DNA from: Candidatus Dojkabacteria bacterium | Lineage (GTDB): Bacteria; Patescibacteriota; Dojkabacteria; JAHIVN01 | Direction of reading: 5' to 3' | DNA length: 64,000 nt | Assembly (NCBI GenBank): GCA_016932045.1 | Contig: JAFGDO010000002.1 | Span: 2,553-66,552, forward strand | Shown: positions 56,183 to 64,000 of the stretch, piece after piece | Position numbering within the stretch: the first letter of the stretch is position 1 | Layout: each line of letters begins with the position of its first letter | Position numbers and translations under genes: made by a program | The notes under the pieces: model-generated | What the model saw: only the letters and a program-made list of their open reading frames with translations | Told to the model about the DNA's origin: nothing | Database searches by the model: none

Positions 56183-57523
56183 CTATCTAACCTGCTTGCT
56201 GACTAAACTTGGCCAGCTATAGTCCAGAAACGGCTTATTCTTGCCTTGGTCTAGAATCCTTTCTACTGCATTCATGAATTCCTGCATATTTCCCTCTGCT
56301 TGTAGTTCTTTCAGCCCAATTACAAAAGAGAATGGGATAAGATCTTCTTTTGCTTGTTTTACTCTCTTCCCAACACTTAAATCACGATCATCAATATCTA
56401 GCCGAACAGCTTTCTGTTTTAAATTCTTTTGTATTGCAATGCAGTGTCTCAGGTACTTCCTTCCAAGCGGTATTAATCTGATTTGTATGGGATATAACCA
56501 CAAAGGGAAGCACTCTTCAAAGTTATCAAAGAGCATGTACAAGAATCGATCTATCCCGCCTGGTACAGCAGCATGGATTATAACCGGATGATGAACCTTA
56601 TTTTGTTTGTCAATGTACTCAATACCAAGTCTATGGGCGTTCCCTACATCTATTTGAATGCATCCTATTTCTCTTGACTGTCCAAGTCTATCCATGATCT
56701 TGTAATCAACATTGATTATCCAATACCGGTCTTTTTCATCTTTGTTAATCTCAACAAGAATATCTCTTTTCCCATCTTTTGCCATTTTAACGATAGAATT
56801 CTCATACTTTTCAAAGTCTGATTCTGATCCTATCTCAGCTATAACTTCGTATTTTCTATTTACCTCTTTTGCAGCTTGCAGAATCTGTCTTTCAATTCTT
56901 GGATACCATTCAAATGCTTCATTCACACTCTTAAAATAAGGGTGAAGATCAGGCATAAAGAATCTCCTTAGGCGGTAAAAGAGCATACATTCTCCACTTT
57001 GTTCATGTCTGTAGCAATCCGATATAGAAAAATGAGCAATTGGCAAGTCTTTGTAGCTAAGTTTGTATTTGCCTGCCAGGTTGAATTGAGGGTAACTTGC
57101 ATCATAACTCATGACCACTTCTTTCTTTCCAGACTTAAATCTGAACAACCTATCACCATAGAGTTTTGCATATGCCTCTACAACCGGATAAGACATATCA
57201 AAGACATTTGACCCTCTTACCTCATAGATTGGGAAGCCTATTTCAACAACGAGCTGTCTTGCATATTCCTTCAGCAACCTCATAACGAGCCATGCTTTGT
57301 AATCATACTGCATAAAGCCTATATCTGCATTCGGTTCCCAATTAAATCCGAGCTTATCTGCATGTTTCAAGTATTCTGATTTCTGTCTGGAACCGATACT
57401 CATCCCAAAGGCCTCCTTCTCAACAAATTTTCGGAAGTTCTTTGAGGGTTTTTGATTCTTCAAGAATTCTTTTGGATCAAAAATTTTCCCTCTTCTATTT
57501 ATAACCAAGTAGTTGTTTTTCAT
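56183..57523 (-). CDS. Class IIa aminoacyl-tRNA synthetase, threonyl-tRNA-synthetase-like catalytic core plus anticodon-binding domain, lacking the N-terminal editing/TGS domains
   Basis: Motif 2 SDCYRHEQSGECMLFYRLRRFFMPDLHPYF aligns with ThrRS ([27 protein letters not shown]), including the Zn-ligand Cys and His. Motif 3 HHPVIIHAAVPGGIDRFLYML. C-terminal RLDIDDRDLSVGKRVKQAKEDLIPFSFVIG is an HGPT-type anticodon-binding domain. Confidence 0.6.
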   Translation of the reverse strand: MKNNYLVINRRGKIFDPKEFLKNQKPSKNFRKFVEKEAFGMSIGSRQKSEYLKHADKLGFNWEPNADIGFMQYDYKAWLVMRLLKEYARQLVVEIGFPIYEVRGSNVFDMSYPVVEAYAKLYGDRLFRFKSGKKEVVMSYDASYPQFNLAGKYKLSYKDLPIAHFSISDCYRHEQSGECMLFYRLRRFFMPDLHPYFKSVNEAFEWYPRIERQILQAAKEVNRKYEVIAEIGSESDFEKYENSIVKMAKDGKRDILVEINKDEKDRYWIINVDYKIMDRLGQSREIGCIQIDVGNAHRLGIEYIDKQNKVHHPVIIHAAVPGGIDRFLYMLFDNFEECFPLWLYPIQIRLIPLGRKYLRHCIAIQKNLKQKAVRLDIDDRDLSVGKRVKQAKEDLIPFSFVIGLKELQAEGNMQEFMNAVERILDQGKNKPFLDYSWPSLVSKQVR

Positions 57524-57607
57524 CTCAGTAGTGTAATAATTTAGGTAACAAAGTTATTACCTTCTCTTTACTGGCTTAAAAAGGGAATGTTTTACCGAAG
57601 ATAAGTA

Positions 57608-57632
57608 TAAAAAAAATCCCCGCCTTGGGGAT
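57608..57632 (-). promoter_or_regulatory. Intrinsic terminator/attenuator hairpin inside the 5' leader of the ThrRS-like gene
   Basis: Minus-sense AUCCCC-AAGGC-GGGGAU followed by UUUUUUUU, about 85 nt upstream of the start codon. A second hairpin GGUAA...UUACC overlaps the putative RBS region. Confidence 0.5.
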
Positions 57633-57794
57633 TATAATTTACAATCTAGCGTGCGTATAATGCCCAAAGCTTAAGCCTTGAGCGTTGCCGTTGCTAAATT
57701 GTGGCTACGGAGTATATATTTCATTACAAATGAATTATATCATAATAACCGTTTTGATCAAGGTTAAACCATTGATCAATGTGGATTTTAGAAT

Positions 57795-58895
57795 TTGGAA
57801 GTGGTTTCAAATTTTCAGTATAATAAAACGCATATGGGAAAAAGATTTGCGGGTACAATTTTTGTAGCTATAAACTTCCTTGTAAGTTGCTTTGTATTTT
57901 TAGGCAGTACATTTTTATTTGCGAAGAATTCGAATAAAAGCCTCGATTTCATAAATTTATCAACAGAACTTTCTATATCGAATTCTCCACAAGTTAGGAT
58001 AAAGAGTCTTCAGGACAATATTTCGCCTATTGTAAGATTAAAATCCGATACTTTTCGAACATCTGGATCTGATATAAATATTGACGTTTCAGTGAACGAA
58101 CCGCTTATCACTGGAGACTTTACCTACTTTAGTTTACAAGCAGATGGAGAGGCAGATCGAGGGTTATATAAAGTAACTTTAAATGAATTAAAAGAAGGTG
58201 AAAATGAAGTTGAGCTAGCCTTTTACGACCGGTTTGGAAATAGTACCAAGAAAAATATTACTGTTGAAAAAAGACAGATTTTAGGTGAAAGTACTATCAG
58301 AGGTGAGGTCATCTGGCTCGATGGAGATGACATCCTTGCTGTTATTGACAAGGAATTTGCCTTGCCCTCTGAATATTATCCGAAAGATCTTGTGTATATA
58401 GCAGAATATAGTATTCCGGCTGTTTATGGCAAATTTATGTTAAGAGAAGTAATTATTCAGGATTTATCTCAACTATTTGCAGATGCTAATGCAGCGCATG
58501 TAAACTTACTTGTGATGTCTGCATACAGATCTTATGATAAACAAAGATCTGTATACAACACTTGGCTTTCGGCAGCTGGTATTACGGAAGCAAATCGCGT
58601 AGCTGCTCTTCCGGGGCACAGTGAGCACCAGCTTGGGACTGCAATTGATTTTACAACTCCGGAGATCGGAAATTCTAATTATTTTGATAAAACAGCAGCT
58701 GGAAAATGGCTTGCAGAAAATGCTTATAAATATGGCTTTGTGTTGTCTTATCCTCAAGGTTCTGAAGAAATTACAGGATATAGGTATGAACCCTGGCATT
58801 ACAGGTATGTTGGAAAGGATGCAGCAATGGATATTCATTTGAGTGGGAAGTTGCCTATTGTCTACTTAAAGGAGATAAATAAAGTATACAATTAG
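57795..58895 (+). CDS. VanY-like D-alanyl-D-alanine carboxypeptidase (peptidase M15B) with N-terminal TM and extra domain
   Basis: LPGHSEHQLGTAIDF (SxHxxGxAxD) and EPWHYRYVG motifs. N-terminal hydrophobic helix. Confidence 0.75.
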   Translation: MEVVSNFQYNKTHMGKRFAGTIFVAINFLVSCFVFLGSTFLFAKNSNKSLDFINLSTELSISNSPQVRIKSLQDNISPIVRLKSDTFRTSGSDINIDVSVNEPLITGDFTYFSLQADGEADRGLYKVTLNELKEGENEVELAFYDRFGNSTKKNITVEKRQILGESTIRGEVIWLDGDDILAVIDKEFALPSEYYPKDLVYIAEYSIPAVYGKFMLREVIIQDLSQLFADANAAHVNLLVMSAYRSYDKQRSVYNTWLSAAGITEANRVAALPGHSEHQLGTAIDFTTPEIGNSNYFDKTAAGKWLAENAYKYGFVLSYPQGSEEITGYRYEPWHYRYVGKDAAMDIHLSGKLPIVYLKEINKVYN

Positions 58896-58926
58896 TAGTT
58901 TAGAAATTTTGTAGTGAGATAATTAC

Positions 58927-60108
58927 TTGATGAAAAAAATAGCTATTGATGCAACAACTTTAAGCGATCAGTACAAAGGTCGTGGAATAGGTACGTATAG
59001 TAAAAATCTTATAGAAGAGCTAATTAAAAATAGGGATTACGAATGGAATATAATCGGATTTGAAGATGTAAAGCCTCAATTTAAGAAAAAAAATATCAAT
59101 TTTTTCTCTCTTGGAGAAGTAAAACTTTCTACTCCAGCTAACATTCTATTCTTTACGAATAGAATGAGGCCTCTGATAAAGCAGATAAATCCAGATTTGT
59201 ATTTTGCCCCACATTTTGAAAGGGGTCTGCCTCTTGGACAATGTAAGGTGGGTGTTGCGGTACATGATGTCTCACCATATCTATACAATAAATATTCTGA
59301 AAAGGGGGAAATTATTAACTTTTTAAAAGGCTTATTCTACAAATATAATCTGCATAATGCTAAAAAAGCAGATATAATAATTACAATTTCTGAGTTCATT
59401 AAAAGTGAATTAGTAAAGGTTGGATTTAATCATGAAAAGATCCTTGTAACTGCTCTTGCTTTGTCAAAAGACTTTGATGTTGAGGCTATTAGAACAAACA
59501 GAGATCATGGAAAGACTTTGCGGAAGTATTCGGTTAAAAAGCCCTATCTATTCTATTATGGCGGACTAGAACCGAATAAGAATGTTAGCAAGTTATTATA
59601 CGCATTCAACCTCGTTAGAAAAGAAAAGGAAGTGAATCTCATAATTCTGGACAAGGCTTTGTATTTCAGAGGGAGTGAAATCGTGGCTGAAACTAGTCCG
59701 GCCTTAAAGGTTAAGAAGTTAATTGAGTCTTTGAACATAAGACGTTTTGTTATTCTACCAAGGTTTGTAGAGTGGGAAGACTTGCCGATTCTACATAATG
59801 AAGCGTTAGCTTTTGTCCATCTTTCAGCATATGAGGGATTTGGGCTTGCAGTTCTGGAAGCCTTGGCTGCAGGTTGTCCTGTCATTGCGGCAGATAGAAG
59901 CTGTTATCCTGAAGTATTTGGAGATGCTGCCTTGCTTGTTGATCCGGATAATATTGATTTGGTAGCAGACAGTATACTTAGGGTTATTAATGATAAAGAA
60001 TTACAACGGGAGTTAGCTGAAAAGGGGAGGGAGCAAGCAACGAAATATAGTTGGGAAGAATGTGGAAGAAAGACACTCGAAGCATTTGAAAGGACCTTGA
60101 GAAAGTAG
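58927..60108 (+). CDS. Glycosyltransferase family 4 (GT-B fold)
   Basis: C-terminal AYEGFGLAVLEALAAGCPVIAADRSCYPEVFGDAALLV matches the GT4 E-x7-E region. Confidence 0.8.
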   Translation: MMKKIAIDATTLSDQYKGRGIGTYSKNLIEELIKNRDYEWNIIGFEDVKPQFKKKNINFFSLGEVKLSTPANILFFTNRMRPLIKQINPDLYFAPHFERGLPLGQCKVGVAVHDVSPYLYNKYSEKGEIINFLKGLFYKYNLHNAKKADIIITISEFIKSELVKVGFNHEKILVTALALSKDFDVEAIRTNRDHGKTLRKYSVKKPYLFYYGGLEPNKNVSKLLYAFNLVRKEKEVNLIILDKALYFRGSEIVAETSPALKVKKLIESLNIRRFVILPRFVEWEDLPILHNEALAFVHLSAYEGFGLAVLEALAAGCPVIAADRSCYPEVFGDAALLVDPDNIDLVADSILRVINDKELQRELAEKGREQATKYSWEECGRKTLEAFERTLRK

Positions 60109-60254
60109 TGCGAAAGAGGGCATAGTTAAATTGTTATATGGTTGTATTGTTGGATAGTCGGATGGCTCGATGGTTGAGTGGCTGAAATCTAATATGCTTA
60201 AAAGCTACAAGCTAATAGCTATCACATTCTTAATTCTTAACTATTAATTGATTC

Positions 60255-61433
60255 ATGAAAATTGCTTACCTAATAAAATACTTCCACCCGATTTATGGAG
60301 GTGCTGAGAATTATATGCTGAACCTTGCTGTACTTGCTTCAAAAGAAGGCAATGAGGTTCATGTGTTCACAGGCGATAGAAAGGGTGATCAGAGGGCGGA
60401 GCAGAAGGAAGAAAACTATCATGGGGTTCATATTCACAGATACAAATTCCTTTTTAACTTTACAAATTACTTGTCATTTACTCCTGCATTACTTCCGGCT
60501 TTATTAAAGGAGAATTTTGATGTTATTCATGTATCAGGTTTCGGATTCATATGGCATGATTTTGTGTTGATTCTCAAAAGGTTTTTTTCAAATAAGACAA
60601 AATTCATAAATACTCCACACGGACCTTTTATGGCACTTGAAAGTTATAATTTTATTCGTAAAATTTTTAAATTCATTTATACTCAAATACAAAAGTTGTT
60701 CCTTAATTGGCTTTATGACATAGTATTGCAAGACAATACTTTCCAATGGAGATGGATTGTAAAGTATGGAATTAAGAAGGAGAAGATAAAATTTGTTTCT
60801 GTAGGGATAGATTCAAAAGTAATTACAAAAAAAGTTACTTCGGACCAGCTGGCTGATTTCCTTCACAAGTATGGTCTTAAAGATAAGTTCGTTATTTCCT
60901 CTTTGAACCGTTTAAGTAGGTATAAGGGTATTCAGCATATTATTGAGATTCTTCCGAGACTAGTAAAGATCCGACCGGATCTTTCACTTCTTATCATGGG
61001 CCGGGATGACGGATATTACCGTTCTCTTAAGGCCTTGGCAGAGAAGTTAAAAGTTCTAAGTTATATCACATTTATCATAGATATTCCGGAAGAAGAAAAG
61101 TATATAGCTTTGGAAGCATCGCAAGTCTTTGTTTTTTCAAGCGAATGGGAAGCTTTTGGCATAGTTTTACTGGAAGCTATGTCAAGAGGAAATGCACTAG
61201 TATCTACCCGAACAGAAGGAGGGAACTTTTTAGTAACAGAAGGGGTAAACGGTTATCTATATAGTTTTGCTGAGTTAGAGGAACTTTTCCGTGTTTTAGC
61301 TAAATTACTCAATGATCAGAACTTGGTTAGCAAGATGCACAAGGAAAATATAGAAAGAGTAAAAAAATACTCATGGGACGAGGTTTATCAGAATCGGTAT
61401 TCGCCCCTACTTAAGTCGCTTATGGACAAGTAA
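60255..61433 (+). CDS. Glycosyltransferase family 4 (GT-B fold)
   Basis: SEWEAFGIVLLEAMSRGNALVSTRTEGGNFLVTEGVNGYLY matches the GT4 signature. Confidence 0.75.
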   Translation: MKIAYLIKYFHPIYGGAENYMLNLAVLASKEGNEVHVFTGDRKGDQRAEQKEENYHGVHIHRYKFLFNFTNYLSFTPALLPALLKENFDVIHVSGFGFIWHDFVLILKRFFSNKTKFINTPHGPFMALESYNFIRKIFKFIYTQIQKLFLNWLYDIVLQDNTFQWRWIVKYGIKKEKIKFVSVGIDSKVITKKVTSDQLADFLHKYGLKDKFVISSLNRLSRYKGIQHIIEILPRLVKIRPDLSLLIMGRDDGYYRSLKALAEKLKVLSYITFIIDIPEEEKYIALEASQVFVFSSEWEAFGIVLLEAMSRGNALVSTRTEGGNFLVTEGVNGYLYSFAELEELFRVLAKLLNDQNLVSKMHKENIERVKKYSWDEVYQNRYSPLLKSLMDK

Positions 61434-61478
61434 TTCTGGTATAATTGTCAGAATTAAAAGCATTTCTAAATACAAAAA

Positions 61479-63161
61479 ATGAAGATGAGTAAGAAAGATA
61501 GATTCATCAAAAGACTTTTTGAGATTTACCCAGGGATTTTGGCTTGGACGGTTATTACAAGTCCTTTTTGGGGAGGGATACTATTCCCCGAGGTTATCGC
61601 TTACTTTGTTCTGGTTTTTAACGCTTTCTGGGTTTATAAGTCCCTTTCCTCTGTTCTCTTTTTTATCATTGGGTACTTTAAAATACGAGATGCTGAGAAT
61701 GCAGATTGGATGTCTAAGCTCAAACGCCTCGACAATATTGAAGCTGGAAAGAAAGAATTAGTTGTAGAAATTAACGAACTAGAGGATGTGAAATTCTCTG
61801 ACGATATTTTCAAGAAAAAACCATTCCAAAATATACCACTTTTTCTCAAAAAAATTCTTTTTAATATGCAGAAGCGCAAAACAGGAAGGCATTTAAGATC
61901 AGAGATAAAGGAACTTGAAAAAGTACAAAATGGGAATTTATTGAATTGGAAAGAGATCCACCAAGTGATTATAGTCCCATTTTGGGCTGAACCATATCCT
62001 GTTTTAAAAAGGAGTCTGGATAGACTTGTATCTCAAACTTTTCCAAAGTCGCAGATAAGTGTTGTTCTCGGAGCTGAAGAGAGATATCCTCCAGCATTTA
62101 AGCTTGCTAAAAGGCTACAGAAAGAATACAAGGACAAGTTTGAGAACCTTTGGATAAATAATCATGTACTAGCAGGTGAGGATATCATTGGAAAAGCTTC
62201 AAATATGGCGGATTGCGGTAAAGTTGCGAAAAGAAAGATAGAAGAACTAAAGTGGGATAAGAGTAAGATTATTGTTACAAGTTGTGATTGTGATACGCAA
62301 TTTGATAAGCAGTATTTAGCTTATCTTGCCTATCTTTTTGTTACCGATAAAGATAGATATACGCATTTCTATGCTGCTCCAATGCTTTACTATGCTAACT
62401 TTTGGAAGGTGCCGTTCTATAGCCGTGTTGCCAATACTCTGTTTTCAATCAACAATATCGCAACAGCAGCAAGAATTGATAAATTTATTCAGGTCTCATC
62501 ATACTCTTTTTCATGGAAGTTGCTTGAAGACATTAACTTTTGGTCAGTTGATATCATACCTGAGGATTTTCATATGTTTTTTAAGGCATTATTTGTACAC
62601 TATGATAAGGTTTTAACAAGACCGATTTTTCTTAGGAACCTGTCTGATGCTGCTGAATCTATTGGTCATGCTAGCACTATTAAAAATCAATATGAACAAG
62701 TAAAGAGATGGGCTTGGGGGGTAAGCGACCATGGCTGGATGATTATGAATCTACTTAGAGCTAAAAAGAAAACCTTCTATATGTTCTATCGGGTCTTTCA
62801 CACTATCTTTGACCATGTCACTTGGTCAGTAATCTCCTTTATCCTGATGTTTGGTGCAAATATACCAACATTAGTAAATAAGGATTTCTCCAGGACTGTC
62901 TTTGGCCAAAAGTTGCCGCAGGTTTCTTCGTTTATGTTGACTATTACAACCGCAACATTTATTTTTACAGTTATACTTGACTTCTTCATTAAACCACGAA
63001 GAAAAGAGAAGGTTAGCATACTCAAACTGATACTTGAACAGGTTCAGTGGATCACTTTTCCGGTTGTAAGTTTTATTTTCGGAGCTATTCCAGGCCTTGA
63101 TGCTCAAACGAGGCTTCTTTTCGGAAAGTACATGGAGTATCGCCTTACTGAAAAGCATTAG
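61479..63161 (+). CDS. Membrane-embedded GT2-like glycosyltransferase
   Basis: N-terminal TM helices, then a cytoplasmic domain with DxD-like TSCDCDTQF and EDFHM, and C-terminal TM helices. Its placement next to the GT4 genes supports the role. Family assignment is tentative. Confidence 0.45.
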   Translation: MKMSKKDRFIKRLFEIYPGILAWTVITSPFWGGILFPEVIAYFVLVFNAFWVYKSLSSVLFFIIGYFKIRDAENADWMSKLKRLDNIEAGKKELVVEINELEDVKFSDDIFKKKPFQNIPLFLKKILFNMQKRKTGRHLRSEIKELEKVQNGNLLNWKEIHQVIIVPFWAEPYPVLKRSLDRLVSQTFPKSQISVVLGAEERYPPAFKLAKRLQKEYKDKFENLWINNHVLAGEDIIGKASNMADCGKVAKRKIEELKWDKSKIIVTSCDCDTQFDKQYLAYLAYLFVTDKDRYTHFYAAPMLYYANFWKVPFYSRVANTLFSINNIATAARIDKFIQVSSYSFSWKLLEDINFWSVDIIPEDFHMFFKALFVHYDKVLTRPIFLRNLSDAAESIGHASTIKNQYEQVKRWAWGVSDHGWMIMNLLRAKKKTFYMFYRVFHTIFDHVTWSVISFILMFGANIPTLVNKDFSRTVFGQKLPQVSSFMLTITTATFIFTVILDFFIKPRRKEKVSILKLILEQVQWITFPVVSFIFGAIPGLDAQTRLLFGKYMEYRLTEKH

Positions 63162-63214
63162 TGATATAGATCGGTCTTAAGTTACTTATTTGTAGGTTAG
63201 GAAGGTGATGCTGC

Positions 63215-64000
63215 TTAATTTTCCTTATTCTTTCTATAGAAATTATATCCCTCAAATTCCTTTTCAAATGTATAGTTATGTTCTTCAAGAAACTTGATAA
63301 GTTCATTAGGATCCTGAGCCTGTTGATCTATGATGATGAGGGCAGGAGAGTTTTTTACCAAAGACGATTTAATCTCTCCCATATTTTCTTTTGCTTTGAA
63401 ACTCTGTATATGCTTGACGGGAGGATTTATATTTGCAAGTTGGTAAATCCATGGATTGTCTGTCCATATGTAAATATTTGGGGCCTCTTTAAGTGTTTGA
63501 GCAAGATAGGAGTTTAAACGGTAGGTTTTATACGCTTCACTGTCAAAATATTTAATGTAAGAAATTGTGTCAACTTTCCCCGCAGCATACTTTATAAAAT
63601 TTGCATAGTAACCAATAGGATCTAAACTCATCTTCAGTTTTTGACCAGAAGTAAATAGGTTTAGGCAAAATAGTGAAGAAAGGAGATAAATTGATAAGTT
63701 TTTTAGTTTTTCAAGGTATTGTCTTTGTGCGAAAGCTTTCCTGATGACAAGACTTGTCACTATAACCAACGGGGGTAAAACTTGTACGAGATAATGTAGA
63801 TAGGGTTTTTGATCAATCAGGGCTGAAAAAACAGAGAAGATTAACCAAAAAGAAAGGAGCAGGTATGCTTCAGAAATTTTCTTGTCAACAAATAGACGAA
63901 TTTTTATAAATGCTAATACTAGTAATAGTATTGTCCTTGTCCATATAGTATTTGGAAGAATGACAAAACCTAAAGAGTCGTTACTGGAATTTAATATTTC
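63215..64000 (-). CDS. Polytopic membrane protein, 5'-partial (continues beyond the window), possibly a GT-C (ArnT/PMT-like) glycosyltransferase
   Basis: The reading frame stays open upstream of the track's TTG start up to the window end, through hydrophobic helices (...LLLVLAFIKIRLFVDKK...LSFWLIFSVF...). The C-terminal region is soluble. Confidence 0.4.
   Translation of the reverse strand, partial: EILNSSNDSLGFVILPNTIWTRTILLLVLAFIKIRLFVDKKISEAYLLLSFWLIFSVFSALIDQKPYLHYLVQVLPPLVIVTSLVIRKAFAQRQYLEKLKNLSIYLLSSLFCLNLFTSGQKLKMSLDPIGYYANFIKYAAGKVDTISYIKYFDSEAYKTYRLNSYLAQTLKEAPNIYIWTDNPWIYQLANINPPVKHIQSFKAKENMGEIKSSLVKNSPALIIIDQQAQDPNELIKFLEEHNYTFEKEFEGYNFYRKNKEN

Noticed and set aside
57608-57632. 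Alternative reading of the thrS-leader hairpin as a plus-strand terminator
   Set aside because: On the plus strand the downstream tract is only TTATAATTT and no plus-strand gene ends nearby. The minus-strand orientation (U8 tract, inside the thrS-like leader) is the coherent interpretation.
1-64000. CRISPR arrays, rRNA genes, tmRNA/RNase P/SRP RNAs
   Set aside because: I scanned for regularly spaced direct repeats with unique spacers and for the conserved cores of these RNAs and found none. The only tandem repeats are the tRNA-derived 70-mers.

Overview
This 64-kb window is a low-GC (roughly 34-38% by eye) bacterial chromosomal segment that uses the standard genetic code (TGA and TAG stops, some TTG starts). 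Gene content is consistent with a small-genome, possibly CPR/Patescibacteria-like, organism, though I cannot assign a taxon from sequence alone. The window holds about 60 protein genes and 4 intact tRNAs, described in five groups.

(1) Housekeeping genes: gatB, tsaE, a DHH phosphoesterase, tsaB, recJ, glyA, folD, typA/bipA, cspA, a monomeric PheRS-like gene, a short ThrRS-like gene, and NUDIX, patatin and GNAT enzymes.

(2) An envelope and surface set: two giant Cys-rich proteins with a conserved DUF11-like C-terminal module, a C-terminal TM anchor and a conserved basic cytoplasmic tail; a smaller protein that shares the N-terminal anchor of one of them; a delta-60 repeat beta-propeller; a VanY-like M15 peptidase; and GT4, GT4, GT2 and GT-C-like glycosyltransferases.

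(3) Signalling genes: two PAS-domain membrane sensors without output domains, two histidine kinases, an OmpR-family response regulator and a VWA protein.

(4) A degraded IS200/IS605-type element with flanking hairpins.

(5) Two tRNA loci (Lys/Arg-UCG and His/Arg-UCU) littered with tRNA fragments, tandem duplications of a tRNA 3' end and two small hairpin-repeat families.

The most novel-looking part is downstream of the tRNA-Arg(UCU) locus. There a native-composition P-loop ATPase-wHTH gene is tightly coupled to a 692-aa orphan ORF whose GC is about 10 points higher and which carries a possible polymerase-beta-type nucleotidyltransferase signature, followed by an 81-aa Ala-rich ORF. I regard this as a candidate acquired (possibly defence or regulatory) module, but cannot confirm it from sequence alone.

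No CRISPR array and no rRNA were seen.
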